Below are positions 22,824 through 34,600 of a DNA stretch of 64,000 bases, in pieces. Made by a program: the position numbers and the translations under genes. The notes beneath the pieces are model-generated. The model had not been told where the DNA came from, made no database searches, and saw only the letters and a list, made by a program, of their open reading frames with translations. The DNA is from Octopus bimaculoides (Eukaryota): NCBI RefSeq assembly GCF_001194135.2, contig NC_068997.1, positions 49,876,639 to 49,940,638 of the forward strand, given 5' to 3'. Position 1 is the first letter of the stretch. Every line of letters begins with the position of its first letter.

Positions 22824-24791
22824 CAAATAATAAATGAGTATATGCATATATACGTACATGTATGTACATACCTACATTTACCTGTATATATAGATGCATA
22901 TCTGGGTACAGGACGTTAAATATATACGTATATGTATGTACTTACATATATATGTATATATATTATGTATGTATATAATGAGAAGAGAAGAAGAATAAGA
23001 AGAGACATGAATAATGTAAGTTTTTAAATGAGTAGTAAATTAGATAGAAATAGTGTAAGGCAATGAACAAAAAACAACTACACACACAAACAAACAAACA
23101 TATATATATATATAATGTACTGATCCATGATAGAAAATTCAACAAAAAATGTACTCCATCTGGTGAGAGATAAATATTATTTATTTAAAGGACACAATGC
23201 ATGCATTAAAGTGCTACTAATAGTTTCATATGTTGAGAAAACTCAAACATATTCTTCAGATGCAAACCACATATCATAACAAAAAAAAAATTCTTTAGTT
23301 CATTATGATATATGATTTGCACCTGGAGAATATGTTTCAGTTTTATTTATGCCCCAAAAACCTGCTTAACAATGGTTTCAAATTTTGACGCAAGGCCAGC
23401 ATGTTCCAGGGAAGGGAGAAGTCGATTACCTCAACTCTAGTGCTTGACTTGTACTTATTTTATCGATCCTGAAAGAATAAAAGGCAAAGTCGACCTCGGC
23501 AGAAATTGAACTCAGAACCTAAAGACAGGTGAAATGCCGCTAAGCACTTTGCCCAGCATGCTAATGATTAAGCCAGCTTGCTGCCTTACACCAGCTTAAA
23601 AATCCTTTCTGCTGCAGACAGAAGGCTGGAAATTTTAGGGGAGGGTGCTGATCAATTACGTTGAACCCAGGGCTCAGCTGGGGCTTATTTTTACATCAAT
23701 CCTGAAAGGATGAAAGACGAAGTTAAGCTTCACAGAATTTGAACTCTGAGCATAAAGATGGATGAAATGCTACTAAGCATTTTGTCCAGCATGCTAACAA
23801 TTATTTTACTAAATGTTTAATTGCAAAATAAATTGAAACAAAGGTGGTATATGGTAACAAAAGGGTTAAATAGTATCTGTTACATGATTGGTGCATATTT
23901 TATTAACTGCGTGGATTAAAGATTTAACTTCAGTTTGGTGGGTTTTGAAATCAGATGTAAAGTATTTAGATACCATTGTTCTCTACTGACACAGACGTGG
24001 GTATGGAGTTAAGAAGTTTGCTTCAGCAATCACATGGGTTGAGGTTCAATCTCACTGAATAGCATTTTGGGTAAATGCCTTCTACAATAGCCCTGCACTA
24101 ATCAAAGCCTTGTGAGCAAATTTGGTTGACGGAAACTTAAATACAAGACATTTTGTCTAACTCTCCACTGATTCCGTAAACCACTTCTCTCTCAAATAAT
24201 CCGTACTTCTACAAGCATAAGTCCCAAAATTTTTTGTAGAAGGAGCTAGTCGATTACATCAACACCAATGCTCAACTGGTATTTATTTCATGCCTCTTCA
24301 TCTCCAAAAGGATGAAAGATAAAATCAACCTTGAATTGAGAACCTAAAGACAGATGGAATGCTTCTGAGCATGTTGTCTGACATGTTAATGAATCTGCCA
24401 GCTTGTTCTCTTTCAAATAATAATAATTTCTCATCATGAGGAGATGGGTTCATTTTACTCGTTTCAGTCATTATCTGTAGTCATACAGGGGTACTATTAT
24501 AAAGGGTTCAGTCAATCAACAGTGTATGAATTTTGAAGTCTAGTACTTATTCCATCAGGCATTTTTGCTGAACCACTAAGTTACAAGTATGGAAACAGAC
24601 CAACACTAGTTGTCAAGTAGAGAGAGAGACAAACATAAACACGATTACAGTTCTGAAAGAAGGACTCCAGCATGAGCTTAGCTTTCATGGTGAAAACAAA
24701 ACTAAAACACTAAAAAAAAAAACTCTGAAGTGTATCAAACTTTTAATAAAAGTTCATGCAGGAAATATTTTACAAAGCAGAAGAGTTGCCT

Positions 24792-25552
24792 CGGATCTTT
24801 GGGGTTTGACGGGCAACATTTGTTTTCTTAACGAAACACTTTCAAACTTGGGACACTGGTAGAATGTGTCATATAAAACTTCTTCTCTTAACCTTCTTAA
24901 CAAAAAATTGTACATCGCAAGTTATTTCATGTTAAATTTGTCGTATTTCTGTAATTTCAACCAATCACTGACGTCTATTCAGCTGAATACAGTTACTGCT
25001 GTTCGGTGTCAAGTGTGTTATTCCCTGTTTAATTATATCATTATTCCCTAGTAAGGGTTTAGGGTTTTAGGGTTCGGGTTTTAGGGTGTTAGGGTTAGGG
25101 TTATGAGTTATAGGGTTAGAGTTAAGGTTATGGCAAAAATAATCATAAAACTAACCCTAACTCTAAAACCNNNNNNNNNNNNNNNNNNNNNNNNNNNNNN
25201 NNNNNNNNNNNNNNNNNNNNNNNNNNNNNNNTAAAGCTAAAACCAATACAAACGCACGAACGATGTCATAAATAAGAGTAACACGGGTAGTTGTTGACAA
25301 ACAACGGGACTAATTTTATTCAAGGGAAAAGATCCCATGACACCGTTACTCAATTAATTGTTTTCACCTCAATAGACGTCAGTGGTGGGTTGAAATTACC
25401 GAAATACGACAATTTTTTACATAAAATAACTTCGAATACAAAATTTTTTATCTGTTCTATACCACAAAATATACAAATATTCGAAGTTTGAAAGGTTTTC
25501 GGTACCAAAAACACTACAAAAAAAATGTTGCCCGTCAAACCCCAAAGATCCG
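24792..25552. mobile_element. Non-autonomous DNA transposon with perfect 30-bp TIRs, 6-bp TSD (TTGCCT) and internal telomere-like repeats, inserted in the 3' UTR of the minus-strand TBCE
   Basis: CGGATCTTTGGGGTTTGACGGGCAACATTT at both ends; TTGCCT directly outside each end; the flanks rejoin to match the paralog's 3' UTR. Confidence 0.88.
25052..25170. repeat. Degenerate interstitial (TTAGGG)n followed by (CCCTAA)n
   Basis: ttagggttttagggttcgggttttagggtgttagggttaggg... then ctaaccctaactctaaaacc up to a gap. Confidence 0.8.
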
Positions 25553-25598
25553 TTGCCTCTTTAAAGTTATCAAAGACAGGAATGAACTAAAGCGAAAA

Positions 25599-27077
25599 TT
25601 ACCATTTTGCAACGAGGTTATCACCATTTTCTATACTGTAATACGACAGTTGATGCAAATCATTCTCTAATTGAACTTCCACTTTAGAATTTTTTTTACT
25701 GATATAAGATAATTCTAGGTTAGTTATTTCTTCAATTTTAAAGAGTTTTTGTACAAATAACTTCAGTTTTAGAATGGTCATGGTTGGAGATAATTTCTTG
25801 TTCTTGAACACTTTATCAGGAATATTAACGGTTTGAATATCAACTGCAACTAATTTATCTCGTAGAACACTAGTTTTGGTTATCAATGATTCAGGACTTG
25901 CATGTCCATAAAACCTTACCAGTTCTTTGTATCTCGAACATGTTTTAGCTCTGTCTTCTTCACTGATATTTTTCTCTAATGCGTGTTTCTCAACCATGCG
26001 TAGATAAAATATTTCAGCATTTTTCCGTTCTTCGTCACGGAAGTCGGCTTTTGCATATTTTTTTAAACTGCCAATTTTGGCAATTATCAAATTAAATAGT
26101 TTGTCCTCATCTATATCTGCTGCTGGATTATGAAGGAAAGAAAACTCGGTAAGGTTGGTTAATTTACTAAGCTCATCGATTGATGACAGGTTATCGATGA
26201 GGTTGCTGCTTAAATCTAAACACTTAAGAGAACGAAAATATGTGGTTTTCTCGCCGTCTTCCAAAGATACGTCATTAAAAGAGACAGCTGTCAGTTGATT
26301 GTTATTCACATAAAGTGTGCTCAATTGTGGAAGCTGACCAAGTTTTAAAAGTTCATTCCAGTCACTTAAGCGATTGTCTGTTAATGAGAGAAATTTCAGT
26401 TTCGTCAATTTCCCCTTGGGAGCATTCAATTTATCCAAATTATTAAAACACACGTACAAACCTCGAAGGGACGGAAACATCGACGTAGCAGATAAAATGT
26501 CAACCCAGTCGTAGTTCATTCGGTTTAAAACCAGATCTTGTACACTAGCAAAATATTTTGACAAGTTTTCCGCGTGTTCAGGAATTGTTAAACGGTTATC
26601 ACTTATATTCAATTTTAACAAATTAGGAATTAAGCTAGTAATTTCCGCAACTTGAGTCCAGTTCTTCAACAAATTATCAGAAAGATCTAGTTCTGTTATT
26701 TTTGAGGCAATCGCCGAAAACTGACTGGTCACTTCCTGGGAACCAAGACCATAAATTGCATGATTATTGAGAATCAGAATTCTTGAAGGCACATCAATAA
26801 CATCTTTAACTTTACAGAGATAAGCGTCAGGGAAAGATTGTCCTAATTTGGCCTTTACCGGTTTAATAAACGAACCTGATTTAGGATGGTCTGCTTGAAA
26901 ATAACGCCTACCTTTATAGCTACCGTCATGTTTTCCCCGATGAATTTCATCCCAATCAATACCAAGCCAAACTCCTTCCATTGCGTCAACTTCTCCTATA
27001 AATTTTATCGTCCCAAAATAATCATCACATTCAATACGATCACCAATAACCAGTTCGCTTCCATCTTCTCGATTCAT
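25599..27077 (-). CDS. TBCE: Intronless single-unit tubulin-specific chaperone E-like protein, 492 aa (CAP-Gly, LRR, UBL)
   Basis: Open ORF from ATG 27077 (track start 27098 is TTG) to TAA 25599. GKHDG CAP-Gly motif, LRRs and UBL ending QLENDLHQLSYYSIENGDNLVAKW. Same length as unit 2 of the fused gene and collinear with it. Confidence 0.93.
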   Translation of the reverse strand: MNREDGSELVIGDRIECDDYFGTIKFIGEVDAMEGVWLGIDWDEIHRGKHDGSYKGRRYFQADHPKSGSFIKPVKAKLGQSFPDAYLCKVKDVIDVPSRILILNNHAIYGLGSQEVTSQFSAIASKITELDLSDNLLKNWTQVAEITSLIPNLLKLNISDNRLTIPEHAENLSKYFASVQDLVLNRMNYDWVDILSATSMFPSLRGLYVCFNNLDKLNAPKGKLTKLKFLSLTDNRLSDWNELLKLGQLPQLSTLYVNNNQLTAVSFNDVSLEDGEKTTYFRSLKCLDLSSNLIDNLSSIDELSKLTNLTEFSFLHNPAADIDEDKLFNLIIAKIGSLKKYAKADFRDEERKNAEIFYLRMVEKHALEKNISEEDRAKTCSRYKELVRFYGHASPESLITKTSVLRDKLVAVDIQTVNIPDKVFKNKKLSPTMTILKLKLFVQKLFKIEEITNLELSYISKKNSKVEVQLENDLHQLSYYSIENGDNLVAKW

Positions 27078-29387
27078 GTTTGGAGATTTCAGTTTCAAGG
27101 AATTATCTCGCTTTCACCGGGCATCACTCCACTTATTTCCCTTAGATAGATAATCTTTTTTTTTTTTTTTAATTACATCAACCCATTTAAACGATTTCGG
27201 GACGGAATTTTAAGAATATTCATACTTAATATTTAATTATATATTTGATGTAATTTTTTTAATAGTATCTTCTTTGGTTTCAGTTTGTTAACGGTCAATT
27301 TCCTAGTTCAATGCATTTCTGCAAGGGAACATCTTATACTCGGAGAACTTTATTCTATCAACACCGGTTTTAAGGAATGTTCTGTCCATCTTCACCAACA
27401 TCAGTCACACACACATCNNNNNNNNNNGAAATTACTGGCCTTGTGCCAAAATTTGAAACTATTGTTTTTTTTTGGGTTTTAAAATGTGGCATATCTACAG
27501 TTTGGTGCCCCGATCCGATTTTTTACCTTCGTAACATCCTGTTTCGCTGCATATTTCTTAATGAAATTTTGCAGAGCTGCATTTTTAAATGTGTTGCTTT
27601 CGATTATGTTCATGCATCCCGACTTTACGAATAGCTTACTCCTATATAAATCGACGATATCCAATAACTTGAATATTTTCGATTGTAACGTAAACACTGG
27701 TTAGTTTTATTTGGGAGCAGCACATTTATTTCTTTATTGCCCACAGGGGGCTAAGCATAGAGGGGACAAACAAGGACAGACAAAGGGTTTAAGCATTTCG
27801 CCCGGGCATGCTAACGATTCTGCCAGCTGACATTCCCAGACCAAATACTCCCAACTCCAGAACTGAGCAATTCTACAACTCTATAATAAGCACTGTGTTG
27901 TATTTTGCGTTTATTCTTTTACTTGTTTCAGGCATTTGACTGCGATCATGCTGGAGCACCGCCTTTTAGTCGAGCAAATCGACCCCCAAGACTTATTCTT
28001 TGTAAGCTTGATACTTATTCTATCGGTGTCTTTTGCCGAACCTCTAAGTTACAGGGACATAAACATACCAACATCGGTTGTCAAGGGAGGTGGGGGAACA
28101 AAGACAAATAAATATATATATGTATGTATGACGGGCTTCTTTTAGTTTCCGTCTCCCAAATCCATTCACAAAGTTCTGGTCAGTCAGAGGCTTTAGTAGA
28201 AGACATTTGCCCAAGGTGCCACGCAGTGGGACTGAACCCAGATCCATGTGGCTAGGAAGCAAGCTTCTTACCACACATCTATGCCTGTGTCTATACACTA
28301 TTTTATACAGTGTTAAACTACATTTTAACCTCAAACTAATTGGTATCATGTTAAGGTATTCACCTGAAGATAATCAGTTGATGAAGTTAAAATTATTCAA
28401 ATAAAAACAAATGAAATTACCCAACTTAAAACAAACAAAAAATCCCAGTTCCTTTGAGTCAGACAACAAAATAATAAGCGTATATTAGAAAAAAATCTCC
28501 ATTGGTCATGAATGACCATGGGATTGCACATACACGGTTACCCTCTGAGGCACAAGTCTCAGCTGTAGCAAGGGGAAAACATTTTTAAAAGAAAATTTCT
28601 CTTGTTGGTTGAGAAGTGCTCAGTTTTGTTTAAGAGCATATTGAGTAGTGTACCTTGGACAACACTACTCATTGCGCTGTTTTAAGACAATAAGGGAGTA
28701 ATTTGAGAGAGATTTAGCAGTTAGTATATATCATTGTTGGCACTCCGTCGCTTACGACGTCGAGGGTTCCAGTTGATCCGATCAACGGAACAGCCTGCTC
28801 GTGAAATTAACGTGCAAGTGGCTAAGCACTCCACAGACACGTGTACTCTTAATGTAGTTCTCGGGGATATTCGGCGTGACACAGTGTGACAAGGCTGACC
28901 CTTTGAATTACAGGCACAACAGAAACAGGAAGTAAGAGTGAGAGAAAGTTGTGGTGAAAGAGTACAGCAGGCGAACCCTGCTGTACTCTTTCGCCTGCTG
29001 TACTCCCTGCCGGAGCCACGTGGAGCTTTAGGTGTTTTCGCTCAATAAACACTCACAACGCCCAGTCTGGGAATCGAAACCGTGAGTCCGCTGCCCTAAC
29101 CCCTGGGCCATTGCGCCTCCACTAGAAGCTCTCTAGTGAGAATGAAATGTACATCGTCGTTGAGAGTTATCTCCCTTGAAATTACACCTCGCATGTCCTG
29201 TTAAGACCATGTGTTGGTGAATTCCTATCTTATTCGTCCCATCATGGAATAATTAACATCAAGGAATCAAATATCGAAGAAGAAATCAAAAAAGGGCTTA
29301 CTAAACTTTGTATTAGTTAAGTTCTATTCTTTCCTGTGTCTCAGTTTCCCTGACTGTTATTTGTGTTTATTAATTTTCATCTTAAAA

Positions 29388-29564
29388 ATGTTTACGTCTT
29401 CACACGAATCATCCCAACATTTAAAAAACTTAAAAAGGAAATATTCCGCGATCGATGAAAACAACCTTTCTACCAGAAAGAGAGCACGACAAGACAACAA
29501 AATTAAAAAGGCAATTTCTCTCTTTACACTTTGGTCAACAAATCCCCGGAAGAAACAAAAAACG
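29388..29564 (+). CDS. REXO5: REXO5-like putative coding exon 1 (MFTSS...RKRARQDNKIKKAISLF...RKKQKT)
   Basis: ATG 29388, 59 open codons, GTAAGA donor at 29565 in phase 0, matching exon 38818; basic N-terminus. Separated from the next exon by a 9.25 kb intron, so the link is inferred. Confidence 0.6.
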
Positions 29565-29822
29565 GTAAGAAATATTCTACACACATATATAGTAATAAAT
29601 ACATACATTAGATATATATACATCAAGGCGGTGTTGAGCACATATTTTCATCGTTCGATATATACGTATGTATATGTATAAAGTAACGATTTTTTGCCAA
29701 CCTAGTGTGGCAGTCCCATTTTGGGGCGAATGCTACTGTTGTAGCACCAAGAGACATCGTCTCCATTTGGTTATACGACACACGATCTGTATCCTTATAT
29801 TTTCGAACCGAGGAGGTTAGTG

Positions 29823-29858
<36 letters not shown>

Positions 29859-31600
29859 CACGCAAATGTTGAACAATGAGAATGAGTGCTCAACATCGCA
29901 TTGGTGGCTAAAAAGTCTTTATCTGTGTATTTATCTGCGCTTAATAACGACTGTTTTGTTTATGTCCCCCTAATACAGCGTTTCGGTAAAAGAGACCGAT
30001 AGAATAAGCACCAGATTTTTTTTTTTAATAAAGTATTGGGGTCGATTTGTTCACCTAAACCTGTCAAAGTGATTCCCTCTAGCATGACTGGGTACTACTA
30101 AAGCAGCGCGGACGCGCGACTGCGTGTTCGGATCCGCGAGTGCCCATGACTGTAGTCCAATGGCTGAAACAAGTAAAAGCTATATATATATATATATTGA
30201 AAGTTTGTTTACGGGAAATGTTTTGAAAATGCAAATAAAGCCGCTATTCCATGGTGCTGTTATAGCATGCCACTTATTCCATCGGTCTCTTTTGCCTAAC
30301 TGCTAAATTAGGGGTTGATTCATTCAACTAAAAATTCTTAAAAGCTGTGCCCCAGCACGGCCGCAATTGATGACTGAAGCAAGTAAAAGACAAGAAAATT
30401 GCTACAGCTATAGCAACCATGCGTAAACGGACAGTGGAACCCAGTGTGGCTTGAGGCCTTGTTAGCTCCTGTCAAATTATCCAACTTATGTCAGCATGGA
30501 GAACAGGTATTAAATGATGATGGAACTGTGTGGAAGCCTGTCATATAGGGCTTTCCTATAAGTAGGTTATCTCCCTTGGCTAGGCGGCGCTCCATGTAGA
30601 TAATTAAACTTCCGGAGGCTACCCACGCCATTGTTATTGTTTTACGTCTTATCATGGATATAAAGCAGCTTGATGATTCAGCTATCGAAGTACTTACTGT
30701 GCCTGAGTTAAAGAAATATTTAAGATTATATGGACAATATGTTACTGAAAGAAAGGCGGACTTGATTGAAAGGTATAAAAATTCTGTCGATATGGCAACA
30801 AAGTAAATTCATNNNNNNNNNNNNNNNNNNNNNNNNNNNNNNNNNNNNNNNNNNNNNNNNNNNNNNNNNNNNNNNNNNNNNNNNNNNNNNNNNNNNNNNN
30901 NNNNNNNNNNNNNNNNNNNNNNNNNNNNNNNNNNNNNNNNNNNNNNNNNNNNNNNNNNNNNNNNNNNNNNNNNNNNNNNNNNNNNNNNNNNNNNNNNNNN
31001 NNNNNNNNNNNNNNNNNNNNNNNNNNNNNNNNNNNNNNNNNNNNNNNNNNNNNNNNNNNNNNNNNNNNNNNNNNNNNNNNNNNNNNNNNNNNNNNNNNNN
31101 NNNNNNNNNNNNNNNNNNNNNNNNNNNNNNNNNNNNNNNNNNNNNNNNNNNNNNNNNNNNNNNNNNNNNNNNNNNNNNNNNNNNNNNNNNNNNNNNNNNN
31201 NNNNNNNNNNNNNNNNNNNNNNNNNNNNNNNNNNNNNNNNNNNNNNNNNNNNNNNNNNNNNNNNNNNNNNNNNNNNNNNNNNNNNNNNNNNNNNNNNNNN
31301 NNNNNNNNNNNNNNNNNNNNNNNNNNNNNNNNNNNNNNNNNNNNNNNNNNNNNNNNNNNNNNNNNNNNNNNNNNNNNNNNNNNNNNNNNNNNNNNNNNNN
31401 NNNNNNNNNNNNNNNNNNNNNNNNNNNNNNNNNNNNNNNNNNNNNNNNNNNNNNNNNNNNNNNNNNNNNNNNNNNNNNNNNNNNNNNNNNNNNNNNNNNN
31501 NNTGGTCAGTTTGACAGGATCTGATGGACCAAAGGACTGCTTCATGTTCCAGTGTTTGATTAGCATGGTTCTTCAGCTGGATACCTTTCCTAATGCCATA

Positions 31601-31637
<37 letters not shown>

Positions 31638-34600
31638 ATTATTTTAGTCTCTAAGCACTGATGAAAAGTTTGGTAAAAAAATCATAATGGAGTATCCTGT
31701 ATGTTGTAAATCTATTTGGTCTTATGCATCTGAGGAGATGCATAAAAAACATATAATAACAGATAATAACTTTATCACAAAATGCTATGATGATAAAAAT
31801 AAACCTTCTTTTCTATAATGTTATTCAATAAAACCACCTTCAGCTTCAATAGCTACTTCTATATGAGATCTAAATCATCTGCATGCTCGAATCAAGTGGT
31901 TTTGCTTCATTTTGGACATTACTCTGACTCTTAGAATCTTTGGTGTTATGGGCTTGTTCATTGACCTCTCTCTCAACAATACTCGACATGTAAAAGTCCA
32001 ATGGATTGAGATTTGGGGAATTAGGAAGGCCAAATGTTAGGGGTTGTGTGACCATGAAAATTTTCAGCCATCCATTCCTGTGTTACTAGAGCCATGTGTG
32101 ATAGTGCAGTCTTACTGAAACACACATGGCCTTCCTTTGCAGACAGTCTATCCAGGGCTTAATTATTTCCAGGACCTCAATGTAGGCGGCAGAGTTAAAT
32201 CTAAGGCCTTGTGGAAAGAAGTAAGGAGGCATCACATGTCCTTCATTGCTGACAACCCCTAAAACCATGACAGTTATAGGAAATTTTGTATGCATAACAC
32301 TTGGATCTTCAGAAGGGTCTGCACATAACCATCTGCCATTTCTTCTGTCAACTTTTTGATCTTGGTCGAAGTTTTTCTCGTTTGAGGAAAAACCAAATCA
32401 AATCTTCTTCTGCTGGATTTTTCAGTTTGTTTAGGAGTCTTTTAGATCTGATGTAGTGATTTTCTTTTGCTTTTTCTGACAAATTGACCTTTCTTCATCA
32501 TATAATGTCTTTGTGGACAACATTTCTGACTGTTCCTTCTGACACATGGAGATCTTTTGCAACTGACCTCATTGACTTTCTGGTGTTGTAATCAATGGTC
32601 TGTTGAACTTGCAGGATTAATTCAGGTGTTCTGATGAGTTCAGAACATTTAGAATGTTTTTTATGCTTTGATACTGGTGATACGTTTCCATATTCATCTT
32701 CTAACTCCTTACAAACTTTATAGACAAAAGATCTGACAACTTTTAAAAATCAAGATATTTCTAAATCACTATGCTCAGCATTTGTAATCACAATAACAAC
32801 ATAAGTCTTCATTGCCCCGCTGTGTGATATGGTGGGCTCTGAGGGGGCTAGGGATTGACGAGTGGCTGGTGAAATCTGTACAGACCATGGGCAAAGTCAC
32901 TGTCAGTAAGGCGGGAGTTAACCACGAGTACAGCGAAGAATTTGGTATACAGGGTAGGAGTTCATCAAGACTCAGTCCTTAGTCCCCTCCACTGTCCGCC
33001 AGGCCACAACAGAAGAATTCAAGACCGGTCGCACCTGGGGAGCTACTATATGCTCATGATCTTGCCTTCATAGCGGATTCTGTATGAGAGCCAGACGAGA
33101 AATTCCAGGTGTGGAAATAAAACTTGGAATTTAAGGGCCTAATGGTTAACTTAGCAAAAACTAAGGGCCTCGTAAGCAAGAAAACTGACAGGACCCTACC
33201 CCACTCAGATAGGTGGTCCTGTTTGATTTGTAGGAAAGGTGTAGGCAGGGACTTTATACGGTGTACCCAGTGTAAGCTATGAACACACAAGCGGTGCAGT
33301 CAATTAATAAGAAGGTTATCGGAGAAGATAGCTTTCGTATGTGGAAATGCACAGGATCCAGGAAAAACTTTCGAGACTCGGGAAATTGATTCTCTCAAAT
33401 ACCCTGGTGGCTCAGTAGAGGTAGTCGATAATTTCTGCTGCCCAGGGCACCAAATTAGTAGCGGGGGAGGATGCACAGAGAGTGTGATAGCTAGAATAAG
33501 AATAGGATGAAGGAAATTCAGAGAGCTGTTACCTCTGTTAGCCACGAAAAGTTTCTCTTTCCGAGTGAAAGGAAGATTGTATGATGCCTGTATACAGACA
33601 GCACTTCTACATGGTAGTGAGACGTGGGCCCTAAATGCAGAGGACATGCAAAGGTTAGAAAGGAATGTGGCTGGTATGCTCCGCTGGAGGTGTAATGTAA
33701 GTTTAATTAGTGTACAAGAGAGAAGACTGCGCTGGTTTGGTCATGTGATGCGGATGGATGCCGACAACTCCATAAAGAAGCGCCGATCTCTCAAAGTAGA
33801 TGGAACACGTGGAAGTTGCAGACATCGGATGTAGTACTGAAGAATGACCTCAGGAAGCTGAACCTTTCAGGGGATCAAGGTACCTGGCGCCTTGCTGTAC
33901 TCAAGAAGACCTGCACTCCGCTGCAGAAGTGTTAAGACCGCTCCCGCTAGTGGTGAAAAGCACTCGTGGCGGTACCACGTAAAAGCACCCAGCACACTCT
34001 GAAAAGTGGTTGGCGTTAGGAAGGGCATCCAGCCTTAGAAACCATGCCAAACCAGACTGGGGTCTGAAGCAGCTTACTAGCTCTGATCAAACCGTCCAAC
34101 CCATGCCAGCATGGTCAGCGGACGTTAAACAATGATGATGATTCTTCGGAGATGGTATCACCAATCTGAAACATTTTGTTTGGCAATTTCCGTAAAAGAA
34201 TTTTATTTCTTTAATATTTTTTTTTTCAACTTACTCACCGACCTATATAGACATACATTTATAAACTTACATAAATATTCATATATACACATACATACAC
34301 TAAAAATACACACATTAACGATTTGTGAAAACATAAAAGATGTATGTATGTGTATGTGAGTGTGTTCAAGTTTGTGTTTCTCTGTTTAACACGCTCTCCC
34401 GTGAACGTCAAAGACAATGGTGTGTGTGTGTATGTATGTGTGTGTGCGCGCGCACGCGACCGTATATTTCATTGTTCTTCTGGAAAAAAAAAAGACGAGA
34501 TGGTCTTTGTTGGAATGTCTCTGATCCAGTGGTGTAGCGTGTCTCTTGACTGTGCCTCTTCCTTGAACATAACATACCCTCAACTCTCCATGTTTTGATG

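Noticed and set aside
25052-25170. True chromosome end
   Set aside because: Short, degenerate, in both orientations and enclosed by transposon TIRs.
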